A stretch of 64,000 nt of DNA from Daphnia carinata (Eukaryota): assembly GCF_022539665.2 (NCBI RefSeq), contig NC_081333.1:7564001-7628000 (forward strand). The letters run 5' to 3'. Shown one piece after another: positions 1-14,752 of the stretch (its first letter is position 1; every line of letters starts with the position of its first letter). The notes beneath the pieces were generated by a model that was not told the DNA's origin, did not search any database, and saw only the letters and a list, made by a program, of their open reading frames with translations. Both the position numbers and the translations under genes were made by a program.

Positions 1-2729
1 TTTGCAATGTGGAGGACCTTCCAATAAAAAAAGGTGACCTTATTAGAATAGCGAAGCAACACCCAAGTCGTTTGAATCGCTCCAAAAGGTCCTCCCCCCT
101 CAAAATTCACCTGTTTTTCACGCTGCGTAATAGTGACCCACTGGGCAATTGTGGATACAGGGGGGGTGGGGGGGGGTGGTAGTTATTTAAGACTGGACCC
201 CGTTATTTCTATAAACAACGAGCCCAAAAGTTTTCACTACGTGTGACGTACAGTATTAAAAAAAAGAAAACTTTAAGAGCTTGAAGGAGAAGAGGGGTTA
301 GAGAGAAAGAACAACAGCCTGTGCACAACGGGGTGCGATGGATAACGTTCTATGACATGTCATCAAAAGTTTTTCGAGGCAGAAAAAAAAAGAAAGAAAT
401 GACTAGAGAATCGCCTGAGTGTCTGTGAACTTTATTTTTTTTCATGCCCTCATTCGTCATCATCTCCGGCTGTTTGTGTGTGTGTGATGTCTGGCGTTAT
501 TATAATATAGGGTATACAGAGCGCGCACGGAGCCATGGGACGTATAAGCGCATCGACACCTGCAAACTGGCGCAACCGCTCCCTCGGGCCTCATGAATAT
601 TCGCTTATGCCTTTATCACTTTTTGGCCATTATCGGACATTGTCTGCACGCGTGATGCCATTTCTTTTAGCATCCCGCAACTGACCACCAGCAGCGATCG
701 TATATTTCAATTCGCAACTACGTGGCTATAATGTATTCTGCATTAAAAGAAAAGGAGAAAGTCAGGCAACAGAGGAATAAAGGGAGTTTTATTCCAAAGT
801 GAAAATTAAATTACTTAATGAAAACGACACTGACGGTTTGAATTAAGCCGGACGTAACCAAGGCAACGCGAACGCGGCCAAAAAATATAAAAATAAATGA
901 TGAGGCTTTCTCTTTCTTTTTGTTTTGTAAATTATGCATAGACAATCCTGTTGCGGCAGCTGCGGTTTGAGCTCTTGTTACAAAACCGGTGCACATCGCA
1001 GAACTCATAATAACCCGATCGTTAATAATGAATTTACTACCACCGCTTACTACTGGGGCAAAGTTTCTCCCTTATGGGCAAAGCGAGTCTATATAACGTA
1101 CACGGGTGTAGTAGCCTACACTCAGTTGCGTGCGAGAGCCTAAAAAAAAAATAACAAACAGGCAAAGCGAGGGTGTTCAACAGTTTGCCCCTAGGGTTAT
1201 TTCTCTCACTCCGGCACACACACACACGACCGCTGTATATATATAAAACTGCGATGGCAACATGTGAATCATCATTATATAACCGGTGGTTGATGGTCGC
1301 TCGCACAGGCCACGAGACCTGTGTAAATTGTGTGTACTGTGTACGTATGCTTCAGACGAGAGAGGATACAGGCTTTGCTTTCGGTTATGTATACGTTACG
1401 TATAGGTAAAAAAAAAAGTATAATAACCGCGCCTGAGAATAGATCTAAAATTACCTCTAACATAAAATGGGGAGAAGGACGGGCCAAATGGGGTCCGCGG
1501 GTGGAGGGGGAGGAAAGAAGAGGGATATACTTTTCGTTAGAATGAAGGGGCAAAAAAAAAAAGAACTCGGGTTGATTGCATTGCGTGCTGTCCACAATCT
1601 CCCCCCTCCTCACCGTTAGACAATTAAAGTGAGGCTATATAGATGGCAGAGAAGGAGGAGATGGTATTTTCCAAAAAAAAAAAAGAAAAAAGAAAGGGAG
1701 AAAGTGAACGAGTTATAAAGCCCTCCATCTTTTTCGCATTGCTCGGCATGTATATACCTTTCGTTTGCTGGGTGGCCGTGGTGGCTGGGATACTTATGCA
1801 GTATAGATCTCTATTATGCTAGATCCAACACAGCTCTGGCAATAACAACCTGGTTTCGTGCCAAGAAGTCCATGTATAAACCCAAGAGAAATAATAAAAA
1901 GAAAAGAACAAGTTGAGAAAGAACGAAAAAAAAAGAAGTGAACAAGAAGATCAAGCGTTCGATCAAAGCTGCTAAGGCACTTGTGCGCTGTTGCTGCTTT
2001 TACAGCGTCAACGGACGAATGAGGCTCGTTCACGCCCAGTCAGCACAGAGCCTCTCTTACATATATATCCTTTGCGTATTGTGTCCGCTTTGCTGAGCCG
2101 CTTTTCGGACTAAACGATGCAACGTCGTGAGGCTCTCGAGGACGATAGAAAAAAACGGCAGTCGGCCAGCATGAGACGAACGGAAAAGATCGGACGAGGG
2201 TTCAGCCCCAGTTGACCCCCCACCCTATACTCTCTTTCATCTCTTTCTTTTTTTTTTTCACGATCGTTTAAACAGAGATCCGTTCCGAAAGAGTAGTCAG
2301 AATAATAGCAGATAGAACTGCTGCAGCAAGCCAAAGCAAAAAAGAGAAAATTCAGCTTCTGATGGATTGATTCCGGCGAGTCCGTGTAACTGGCACAGTT
2401 CACTGAATCAAATGGGCGGCGGCGCGCGTGCATATGTATAGAGTGGCTGGCAGAAGTTACAGCGTACAAGAAGTTAAAATCCAAAAAAAGGGGGGAAACA
2501 TGTCGCCCTAGTGCAATTTTAGATAGATTGTGAGAAAAAAAAAAAAAATAGAAGAAGAGACGGTCAACAAAAATACAAAAAAGAGAGAGAAGGGGGAGGG
2601 GGGGTTGATTCGTGTTCAGTTGGCCATAAGCAACCTGCTGCTGTCGCCTACGTCCGCTTCCCTTTTCCGCTTGATTTGCTCACATTATCCAAGCGCGTGC
2701 CCCAGGAGTTCAGCCGTGGGAAACGAGCC

Positions 2730-2733
<4 letters not shown>

Positions 2734-2767
<34 letters not shown>
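2734..2767 (+). repeat. (CT)n microsatellite
   Basis: About 17 uninterrupted CT units read directly. Confidence 0.9.
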
Positions 2768-2771
<4 letters not shown>

Positions 2772-5148
2772 AACATGTAGATATTGTACAACTTAATAAT
2801 ATCGCCTATCCTTTTTCATTAAAATTTTTTTTTTCTTTTCATTTTTACTCAGCGCTTCTCTCCCCTTTTCAATTTTTTTTTTCTCCTCCCTCCCTTTTTT
2901 TTGTCTTCTTTTCACGTTGCGTTGTTACTGTTGGATATAATTTTCAAACTTGCGACGACGCGAAAACTGCGTGGTTGTTACTAACCCCCTCCAGTTATTT
3001 TTTTTTGGCACGTGCTACCACCATCGCTCGTGCCCGTCCCCGACAAAAAAAAAAATACTTGAATAGTGTTGCCTTGCTTGTGTGTGTGTGTATAGCAACA
3101 CACACAAACGGTAGCCCCCGTTGCTATACTACATACACAGTTAGTCCAGCCGTTTCCTGTGCCAGCAGGTCTTCTATACACACAAGAGAGAGCCATCAAT
3201 GAAACATGCAACTGGGGGTTATTCCAAAACTCAGCCAATGCCGTCTTGTCTTCCCTATCTTCGAACGGCCACTTCTATCATATATCCGTCTTCATGTTAT
3301 GGATCTTTGTTTTTTGTTTTTTTATTCCCTGCGTTGGCCATCGGTTCGTGCAGAGATCGCTCCCTTTGATCATCCAACGACTTTTTTAAGATGATAGCGC
3401 ACAAAGCGGTGTGTATAGTTTTAGTTGTATCTTTGAGCTTCGTTCCGTGCCACTGTATCGAATACGATCGAGTAAAACACACGCGGGAAGGCCAGCGGCC
3501 GGAACCCTGTTGAATTGTTGAACCGACCGATCGATCAGCAGGAGCCCTGAGGCAACTTTTATTTTTTTTTTTTTTTAGCTAGCCCTTGCATTTTCGATGT
3601 TACACGGAGAGCTCATATAATAATGACTGCACAAGGATGCGGTCCCGCAATTGACGACAGTCGCTAGCACACATCTCTCGCCGTTTTTAAACGATGGCCG
3701 AAATTGATTTAATTATTTACTGGGGCGGCAAATAACACACGAGAAAGTAGACAAGTACAACACAGATATATGCCCTTAGGTAACAAACCCAGTGATTCTT
3801 TCAGTTGACTTGTCATCGTTCCCCGTAGCAAAGCAGACTATCAAGCAGTTAAGCGGTGAGCAAAATAAATCATTAAGAAGAATAAAACTGGTCTTTTATC
3901 TAATGTGCATATAGTAAGACTCATTAAAATGATTGGACGTTTTTATTGTTCGTTTTCGTTTAGATCAGACAGATCCACGGCGTTGGCGAAAAACGGTGGT
4001 GTTTCGAATGATTACACGAGCCCCCACTTTATTACGAGAAATAACAAGCTGATAACGAAGAGGAAAGAAACAAAAAATGGAATTAAAGAATTTGAGACAA
4101 AAGAAAGTCACGTCGGATACGTGAAGCATTTTTTTTTAAAACAGGAAAGAAGGGTGAAAGAAGAAAATAAAATACATTTTTCTAACGGCGACTAAAAGCT
4201 TTGGAATGATGATGAGAGCTGTCGAGTATGCGAAGCAGCTCCGAAAAACAAAAATCTTGAACGAAAAAAAATTCTTTTCCCTCCTTCATCACAGACGTGA
4301 TGGATACAGTCCCGAAAAATTAAAACAAACATGAAGAACAAAGAAGAAAAAAGAAAAGAAAATAAAATGACGAGAATACCAAGAAAAAAAAACCGCTAGT
4401 GACAGGGTACGGCTTCGGTTGTTGATCCATCGATTTGCGTGGAAGGGGTAAAAATCCTTGCAATCCAATTTTTGTCCCTCTTTTTTTTTTTGTCAGCGGC
4501 TTTGGACACAACCCCCCACATCTTTCCTATTAGTTTCTTTTCTGTTACGTAGCATGTTGGCTTCTCGTCACAAAAGCTTTTGTTTTCCATCCTTCCCAAT
4601 CTTTTTGTTTCCGAGAATTCACGCCTCATCGAGATCTTCACAATTTTTTTTTATTTTTTCCGCCCAAGCAATTTTTCAAGTGTGAACTTGGCAAGATGAC
4701 GACGTGAGGTATAGAAGAGTGTCGAGGCAGGTTCGTAATTAAAACTTGCCAAGCTGATAACGATGGGATAGCAATGGCAATGGAGGGGGGAGAAGATGTT
4801 GGGGTCTTCTACGAACTCATCATTGGTTTCGTGGACATTCGTTTCGTACCACTCCGGTCGGAGGAAAGCAAAAAAGCAAAAGCAAAAGAAACTTCAATCT
4901 TTTAGGTTACACGGTATACGCATGCAACGTTGCAGTTTCCGATTTAAAAGAAAAAAAGGCACACCCGCCCTGTGCACGCACAGTGGGAAATCGATGCAGC
5001 TATAAGTCATTCGGCAAAGGATCGTTATCATCAAAAACGTCCATGCATATTTTATTTCGAAGAAGAATACCGACTGCGATTTATTGTTTCCATCACAATC
5101 ATTCTTTCCGTTACCAGAAATGGATAAGAGACGGAGGTAAGAAAAGAG

Positions 5149-5179
<31 letters not shown>

Positions 5180-5370
5180 AATGTAACGCTCGCGTATATA
5201 CAAAGTATAATCTGCAGTCTTAACGATGTTATATAGTCTGTGGGAAAACGATTGGTGAAAGAGATGCTAGGGAAAATTGAGGCATAAAGACGAGCTACAG
5301 ACGCGAGATGCTGTGGGATGACGTTGACGATCAATGTCCTGTTAGCTTTTGTTCTAGATATACGACCAAC

Positions 5371-5371
<1 letters not shown>

Positions 5372-5402
<31 letters not shown>
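5372..5402 (+). repeat. (TG)n microsatellite
   Basis: About 15 TG units read directly. Confidence 0.9.
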
Positions 5403-5404
<2 letters not shown>

Positions 5405-8400
5405 CGCTCGTTCCGAGTACACGATGATTAGCCTATCAATCAGAGCGGAGGCAAAGGGGTGGGCGAACTGTTTGTTTCATTACCATCGAATTAATAGCAA
5501 GCACTTCTCTAACTATATAGAGATACGCGTATATGTATTATGTTGCACACAGAGGCGTCAGTCTTACAGCTCGACGGCTGATGTTGTTGCTTCTCGTTAA
5601 CCGAAACGACAACGAAGACCGAGTGCGAGTGGCCTAGAGGGGAGAATCAAAGATATAAAAAAGACGGGGGGAGGGGGGGGGGGACAGGAAACGACAAGCA
5701 GAGAAGCTAAAGACGTCTAGCTTTAGGAGAGATAGAGAAATTCCATCGAGTATTAGCTTAGTAAGTAGGATAGCATCAGCAATCGAGAGAACGCATTATG
5801 CAAAGTGGCCACGCTAAATCGTTGAACTTCGTTTTCAACACAATCCCTGTCATTTATATATCGATACGTAATTATGCGGAAAGTATAGATTGAATATAGT
5901 CCAAAGTGTGCAAGTTGCAAAAAAAAAATAAAAAATAAAATATGTAGGTTGGTGTAACTAGAATAGCATGTGAAGAGCGAAATGCGTTTTCATATTAGAT
6001 GAATACACGCCCCGCAAGAGCACCCCAAAGGCCTTCGAGGGGCAACAAGCCGAATAGAGAGACAGAGAAGAACAGCAGAGAAAATGGGCGAGTTGTTTTT
6101 CGATCTGAAAGCCGATAAATAATTGAACAGCAAAAGGTAAGAAGATCACGCGAATGTATGCGTGGCACCAACGGTCTACATGTCAAACGAAGGGTGGGAG
6201 AGTCTAACGTTTCATGTCGATCCCACCAAGAAGAAATCGTCTAGCCTGAATAAACAAGTAAGGCCGATATATGCTGTTGCACATCGATGGCCAACCGGCC
6301 ATCGAAAATGCGGACACGTATTATGCGAGTAGGACATCATTTGGAAAGAAGCGGGGCAAAACAACATTGAAATCTCATTTCCTCGAACACGACATTACAG
6401 GTTACGTAAATAATACGTTAGCTTCATAACAAGGACGACACGAACACGTACGATGATCGTAGGCTTCCTATTACAGTCCTACTTTACAATGCAAGGCTGT
6501 AGTAAAATAATAAGCCTTTTATTTGATCGACATTGCCTTAGTGGCCCTATAAAAAATCGGAACCTCATAGCCTATTCATAAAGAGAGGATGTTTGTATAT
6601 CAGACGTACGAGTGCGTGTGCCTTTCTAAGATTCATCGTTGCATCTAACCAAAACATCGTCATCTCTATCGTATGTATAACCTTCGGGACCTTTTGTTGC
6701 ATCCAGCGTGACACGAAAGCGTTGAACGAATGACACGCGTCACATTTTGCGGGGTCAGGCCTCCGACAGCCGAGAAATCAACATTTTCTAATATACTTGT
6801 GTATGTGTTTTTTTTTTGCCTGTCCTACGTGAATCGTATACGAATCAGGACAGAGGGATGATGACGGCATCTACTATAATACAGCCTTTTTATGTACATG
6901 AAGCCTAACTCTCGTTTTTTTTCTTTCTTTATACAAGTACAGCGCGCACATGCTACATAGGTGGTATAAATAATGGTGAATGGCAGGCACAACTATACGC
7001 CGAGAGGATTCGTCGTTCACCCTGTTCTGGAAGAGTGCGGGGGGAGGTAAAAAAAAAAAAAAAAAAGAGGGGGAAGTCATATCAGTTTCTTTTTTGCTCA
7101 CGCATATATAGCCTCGTATATTTATACGTAGAGCTCGTCGGCAACTGCTTCTGTTGCTGCGCTTTATTGCGGCTGGCATGCGCTTACTCCTTTTTTTTTT
7201 TCTTTCCTTTCTTGTTCTTGTTCTTCTTTCTTTTTTCCTCTTCTTTTTTTTTTTGTGATAGCAAAAGGGGGTGAAAAAGAAAAGGGAAGAGGGGGTTATA
7301 CTGCCATCGCGGCTGCTGGTAGTTGGGCGTTAGCCAACATCCTCAGTCCGGCGCTGTTGATATGCGCTGCAGGCGCTCCGTGACGCTATATAGTATACTA
7401 TTGCGACGCCAACAGATCTGCGGTTGCCAATTGCTTTTTATCTCCTCTGTAGCTTCCTCCCCATCCTCCCTTCCTCCTTTTATTTTTTTTTTTTATTTAT
7501 TCTTCCTCTTTTTTTTTTTTTTTTTTTTTTTTAAACCTTTTTTGTTGCATTTCTTTTTCATTGCGAAGAAGAACCGCCTTACTGGTCCGATTGGATTCAG
7601 AGGTTTTTTATTAGTTGTCACCAATGACACACGTATATCCCACGTTCTTCTACTAAATAGACGCGTCTCGATGGTAGCAGCACACGTTCGGCGTAGAACG
7701 ATGTATAAGTGTACGTGTAGAACGTAACGAAATTTCTCTCATCGACCAAGTTATCATCAGCCTAAAAATAGAAGCAATAAAGACACACACGCATCTGTCT
7801 AGTTAAAAAGGCGGCAAAGGGAACGGGGGGGGGGAGGGGGCGAACGAAACAAATAAGAATTTCTTTTTGAAGATATCTCTGCACCGTGTCAAATATCGTG
7901 ATAATGATGCTCAATTGTTTATACTGTACGCTATTCACAGGTCGTCCCGACGCTCCGCTGGTAAAAAAACAGTCTCAATGGATTTGTAATTGCGTAACAT
8001 AGCCAAGTATATACGTTTCTTGTTCTTTTCTCGGGGTGGAGCTCTTTCGTAACAATCCCTGCGGGCATTTTCATTATTTTCTCGCTGGTTAAACGTGATC
8101 CGACGTGCCACTGATAGCTAGAATTTAATTCCACGTTGGGATGCCGCGAACGCGTAATTGATAAAAAAAGAGGCAAATGCCACAGCGTCGTGGATATATA
8201 TATATACGAAACTCGCATCGAAAAAGAAAAAAAATACATGCCCATTATTGTTGGCTGATGCTAAAAGGCACTCATTTTACTTATTTATTTTTTTTTTGCT
8301 TTGCCGTGAATCCATACTATCCGCTTGCGGGATCGTGTTTTTTTTTTTTTTAACCTCGTCTCGACAAGTGGCCGCCAGAGAGCGGCCAGGTTAAAACATC

Positions 8401-10611
8401 GACGTCGTTCTTAATTTTTCTCAGCTTCAAAATCACCGTATGTTTTTCATGCTTTTATGTTCGTGCCAATCTCGTTTTCTTAGAGAGATCTACACATCAC
8501 GTTTGACTGCTATTCCTGTGTGATTCATCACTTCCGCACGACCGCAACTGCAAGCTGCTTGTTTGTTATAGTTCCGTCCCCGAGGTGTTCTCCCCCTTCT
8601 TTGTTTGGGGCTTCGACACAGCAGTGCCGCTGGTGATCGGCGTAATCAAGATGAAGCATTTTCGTAAGATGAAAACGACCGTCGAAAAAGGCATCCCTGA
8701 CGCAAAAGGAATGCGACTCGTGTAATAGACTTCTTTGGTACGTTGTACATGTTGTAATTACGAACAGTACGGAGGGGTTTTTTGAAAACAAAAACAAAAA
8801 CAAAAACAAAAAAAAAAAAAACATTTCTAACTTTGCTGTGGGCGACAATTTAGGCGTAGGCTGAAGTTGCCTAACAAGTAAAATAGCGTGGAAGCGAAAA
8901 ATACGTGCAACAAGTTTTTGTCGAGCAAACAGTGAGGGATCATCAGGAGTTTGGAGAACTTGCTTTTTTTTTTATAGAAGTTTGCGAGGCCTTGTTGATT
9001 TGATTGGATTTCTTTTTTAAAAGCATTACTTTAAAAACCCTAGTTGAATGTGAATTTTAGAAAACACGCTCCATCTTCGATTTTCTCATCGTGTTTTGTG
9101 CGCTTTGGCACATCACCGATGTGCGTTTGTTTTTTCAAGTGTAACGTTTGCATCGGGCGTTCGTTCAACCCTCCCCCCCCCCCCACTGGTTCCTCCCATT
9201 TCCACTGTCTGGTAGGCCACTCAGCGATGCATAGAGTTAACGTCTGGCCGACTCGTGCAATCAAAGTTGGAAGACAGACGAGGGACACAAGAAGGCGAAA
9301 AGAAAAAAGGAGAATAAAACCAAAAAGTTGCACGACACATGACCACTAGTTCCTTGTCTGACCCACCTCTCTTTGCAATCAATTTTGGAAAATCCAATCT
9401 CGCTTTCTGACATCCTTTTGCTATACATAACGAAAGACTGGTGCGTGCAATCTATTTGATGCGTTGTCTGTATTTCCCCATTCCATTTAAAGTCTCAGTT
9501 TTTTCTTGACGATTGTTTTCAACTTTCTTTTCGTGTTGATACAAAAAAAAAAAAAGGAAGCTCAATCAAATACGCTGCTACGTTTGCCAGCTCGGCGAAA
9601 AGCGTGAGCGTAAATTCATGTGAAGAAAACACATCGCCATCAGCTCCTTGAATTAAGAACATTATAAAGGGCAGACTAGATTTTGCATGTGTCACGCCTA
9701 CGTGGGAATCAAATGCCGTTCTAGCCGATGCCGAAAAAACTTGATGTACTTTCGATGTTTAACAACGATAAAAAGAGAAGATGCTGAGCAACGTGAAATA
9801 GAAGAAGAAGGAAAAAAAGAAATGACATCAAAACAGTGTGGGAGGGGGGTTTACCAAGAATCCCAATATCTAATCGAGCTTCATCTAATGGATTGGGGGC
9901 CTTTTCTTTCTCTCTCTTTCTCTCGACGAAACGTAGAGTTTTCAATTCTTTTTCCTTTCGTATGTAAGTAAAAGAAAGAGATGTTCGTCATGTACACAAT
10001 GCAAGTTTCCTTTCAGTCTCGTTTCTGACATGGTGCCCTCCCCAATCCCCCGTTTGTCAGTCTGTCGTTTCACTATTAGTTTTTTTTTCCTTTTCTACCT
10101 ACCCGCTCTACCATCAGTGATACGTCGGTTACACATCAAGTCCCGATGCAGTATCATGTCCAAGCTTCTGGTACTCTTAAAAGAATGAACAAACGAAATA
10201 GTTTCGGATGGAAAATGAAAAAACAAAAGAAAAAACACGTGTCCTACAGTTAGCGTAGCTCGGAACGAAGCAATCGATTGGACTCGACACACGCACGATA
10301 GGATTGAATTATCGTGCAACTTTTTTTTTTTCCCTCCTCCTTCTCCTGACGCCGGTTAGTAAAAGCGCGCGTGCTTAACTTTCTTCTTTATTCTCTCTTT
10401 TTTTTTTTTTTTTTTTTTTACGTTACGTTTTTTTTTTCTTCTTCTCCTCTTCATCTACTTCTTCGTTTCACGATGATTCGACTGCCACACAGACGCAATG
10501 TTATACAATGCTGGCTTTGTATGTATGTGTGTGACTGCCCGCAGTTCAGACAATCGCCCCGCATCGACCACTTTCTTCTGAGGCCTCATTGAGTCAAAAG
10601 AGCAAAGAAAA

Positions 10612-10615
<4 letters not shown>

Positions 10616-10667
<52 letters not shown>
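10616..10667 (+). repeat. Adjacent poly(T) (~37 nt) and poly(A) (~15 nt) runs
   Basis: T run 10616-10652 is immediately followed by A run 10653-10667. Confidence 0.85.
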
Positions 10668-10669
<2 letters not shown>

Positions 10670-13600
10670 TCGGCAGAAAAATAAAAAGTTTGCGATGATT
10701 GTTGAATGACGGGAGGGGCTCGGGACTTGTTGAAATGCTCTTAGTATTAGACATCATCAGCCAATCATTCAGGGGTCGTGGAACACAACTGGGATAGCGG
10801 TGCCGGTTGTTCAGATAAAAAAAAAAGAAGAAGAGGGTGGCAGATTATTTTCATCAAAGAAGTCAGGAGGGAAAAAGAAGAAGCAGCTCCGTGTCTTTTC
10901 CCGATAGAGACAAGCACCGAAGAATACAATGCCGTTTCCATGCTGCCATTCTGGAGGGGGGTTGACACAGTGTCATCGGTGACAAGAGAACCAGATGAAT
11001 CTCTGCCAGACGCACTCACGTTTTGGGTCTAAGCGCAACAGAAGAGGAACACGCTCGTGTGTCTTATTCTTCTTTTTGTTTAGAGGAAAAAAAAAAAAAA
11101 AGAAACCTGTTCAGGTTTGTCTTATCTGTCTCGACTTTGCTCTGATGTACACACAGGTTTTTATTGTTCGAGCCACGTACTGCAGTTGCACATATTTCTG
11201 TCAGCTTCGATGTCGTCCTTTCTCCTGCTCATTTTCTGTTGCAATCGAAAGTGAGGACGCATGTGGAAAGTACCACTATATATTTCAGAAAATGAAAGCC
11301 ATTTAATTAGAACTTGATGAATATGTTGCAAAAGTTAACGAGAGTTAGCAATGAAACGCAGTTGCGAGAAAACTAATTATCGACAAACAAAGACAAAAAT
11401 TGTTTGAATGACGGAAAGGGGGAAAGGGAAATCAAAACATCGACAAATCAACAACAAGAGAAAAAAAAAGGGAATTACATGGACGAGAAGAATAACGTAT
11501 CAAACTAGAAAGGGTGGGGGGGGGGAATATATAGAAAAACAAGAACACAAAAGTTCATTGGATTCCAACGAGTTTCACGATGTAGCCGTACACACAAATA
11601 CAACGCACGACATGACTGGATCACTCACATGTTCCATATTACATATCGAAAGAATAATACATATATACAATAAGAAGGGGGGGGGGGAGTGGGTTGATGC
11701 AGACGAACGCGAGTTTTTGTGGACGGTTGCACGCATGGAACCTCTCTTTTTTTTCCTCTTTTCGATGGGTGTGTTGGTTGGGCTGTTCCCTTCGATCCTT
11801 CATACACCCCCCCCCCTCCTTCGCCCGTCTTACTTCTTCTCTGTACTCATTTTCCATTTTTTTTTTTATAGATATATTTTCCACGTTAATACCGAGGACG
11901 TGATCCATCATCAACTTGTCACCAAAAAGAGGAGGAAGGGCCAAACAAAAAAAAAAAGTAGTGGATGAAAAAAAAAAAAAAAAACGAAGAGAAAAGCTTT
12001 TCCCTTTCGTCAGTACATGCGCAACCCTCCAGTCCCCCTCTGCAGCTTTCATCGTCATTCTTCTTCGTGTACTTGAATCATCATCATCCGAGAGAGTTCA
12101 AACTTTTCATCATCAAAGAATGGATCCTAACCCCCGTGTCATAATGAGCCTTCTCTATAACCTCCACTTCACAGCTCCAAAAAGCTGGGCACCCCTGGTT
12201 TTTTTATATTTTGCATTCGGCACCGTCCCAAAAAAAAAAACTTGAGGATGATATACTACTAAGTGAGTCTGTGTGTGTATGCTCTATGTGGAATAATATG
12301 CCATCGCGTGGATGTCGTATTGTGCTGCGTCCGCAACTGCCATTTAAAAAAACGAAATGTTTTTGAAATTTGCTGTGTGTGTGCATTGCACTTATTGACA
12401 TCATCATCGGCTTAGTTCTTTCACGATTATTGTCATTTATGAAATGTAAGGGTAGGAGGGGAGGGGGGTTTAAAAAATTATGTTCCCTGCTTGAAAACTT
12501 TTTTTTTTTTTTCTTTGACAACACCAAATGGATGTGCTCCCCTCTGTTACATACGCAATCATAAAGAGCTATTGCATTTTTTTTCTTTTTGGAGAAAGCA
12601 GCCAGTTGGAGGCAACAGATGTTCGTGATTGAAAGAAGTCAATCTGGTTGGACATGTATAAAGCTTTGGGCATTGACTCGTATGAACTTTTGAACTTATT
12701 TTTTTTTTTTATTCCCTTTGTTACGCGCGTTATTGGCACAAACTATTCAGAAGAAAAAAAGGAAGCGTTGAATCGTTTCATTAAACCGCACATCTGAATT
12801 GAATCATTAACTTTTTTTTTACAGGGACATTAGTAGTATAAAGCATTGTGAGCAAAGGTTAATTCTCAATTATACGTTTGTCGGTCGAGTCAGCTCGCAA
12901 TGAAATGGAATAGATAGAGGAGATATCGCGTTAACAGTTGGTAGCCGATTTGAAAAGAAAAAAATGTGCACGAAAAGAACAGGAAGGCGTTTCGATGGCA
13001 TCCTCAAAGGAGCAATTCTTTCGATGCCTTTGAAAGATCCCAACCCGCTCCATCTTATGTATACGTTAAAACACACAGTATAGGTATAGTTGGTAACATC
13101 AGCGGTCCCTAATCTCCTCTTCTATCCGTGCGAGTCATCTGTCTTGGCCCTGCGACTCTCGTTCGCAGCGATCCTCCCACTCTGTGTCGACCATCTTCCG
13201 CAGCTGGCCGAAACTCGCTCTCTTATGGTTTTACTGGGGATTGCAGCGAGATGCTTCTATACATGCCTTATCGCATGATGATGGTCCTGTCGGTCTTTTT
13301 TTTTCGAATAACGCGCCAGTCTTTGGCCCCGCCAATCCACTCGTCGTACTACGACCGATTTCCACTCACTGCTAAGCCTCTGGCTGCTGGACGACGGTCG
13401 ATGGTGTATAACGAGCTGATTGATTACGACCGTGCTCGTAGCAGCAGCAAAGTCAGGCGACTGCCGTTTGACCTTATTAGTGTGAGACACTCCCCACCCC
13501 CACTCCCGGTCGGGGATATCAATGTACACACGTAGCGGTGGGTAACCATAGCGACAACAATTCAAACGTCAGAACGCACAGCGAGAGAGAGAGAGAGAGT

Positions 13601-14725
13601 TAAAAGCCAACGATAAGGAGAGGGGGGGAGAGAGATTGGCTCCGAAATCTATTTGGCTTTTCGTTGAGGGGATGATGTCGCAAAAGAAAAAAAAAAAAAA
13701 AAAAACTTGATTGCATGTGGCCAACCGTCCTTGCACTATCGTCGAGTTTCTTGCAACTGTTTCGACCGTTAGTCTCGTCGGTGCCCTCTCTACAATCCAT
13801 AATGCAGCGAGATTCCCTGAACGATTACGCTTGAATTTTTTAGCGCGTCCAATTGCCAACACGTGATTGTTGCGTCATACAACGATTTCCAAGGGCAGAA
13901 AAAGTGGAAAATAAAAACATTGGGTAAACAAGTTGCGTCGAGCGAACATCGGATGCGACGTCATTGGCAAAACGCATTTGCAATCGCGATATAACATGCT
14001 CGTGTTGGAGTTCTACATGCGCTAAATTGATTCGCAGGAAGAAACGGCTCAAACGCTCCACGTGAGATCGGGATCGTGCTATTAATACACTCAAAGAAAT
14101 GGCTGCAAGATGAGAGCGTCGACTATAATAAAGCGAAAGAGAAGAAAGAACCTGTTGCCAAACCAGAGAGACACCGTTAGATGTTGCAAATCTCGCGCGG
14201 AGATGCATAGTAATGTAGCAAATCGATCAAGAGGTTAAACCCTAAACTTTCTGTCTATGCCTCTTTTATTTTATTACTTATTAAATACAACTCGTACGAA
14301 TATGAAAAATGTAATGCGAGTGTGACGCGTTATCACTTGGATAGATAACAGCTTTCGCTAGTAGTAAAGAAAGCCCGTATAAAAAATGCGCATTGGAAAT
14401 TGCAAAGCGAGAGGAAGGGATATGATTGCGTTCAACTGATGACCGGCTAGGCCACTTATTTTCCTTATTGATTTTGTTTTTATTTTTATTACTTTTTTTT
14501 TTTTTTAGAAAATCCCCTTCGATCCTTGTGCAGCAACAGCAGCATTATCGAGAGGGGGGAGGGGGGCAATGGGTGCGCTTATTTCCTGCCAATCCGCTTT
14601 CCGGATTTTAAAAACGCCGGCAGTTTTTTTTTTTACATACATTTTTTGTTCCGGTTGTATTGATGCCGGTTTTTTTTTTTAAAGGGACGAACTTGTTGTG
14701 CTCTTTATCGCAATAAAATAGAACC

Positions 14726-14752
14726 TATATATATATATATATATATATATAT
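14726..14752 (+). repeat. (TA)n microsatellite
   Basis: About 13 TA units read directly. Confidence 0.9.

Noticed and set aside
10611..10672. Poly(T)-poly(A) fold-back as a terminator or retroposon tail
   Set aside because: Homopolymers are ubiquitous here and their lengths are unreliable; there is no target-site duplication or element body.
10765..11032. Compositionally balanced island with ~84-aa ORFs on both strands
   Set aside because: No motif, and no acceptor/donor pair I could link to another exon.
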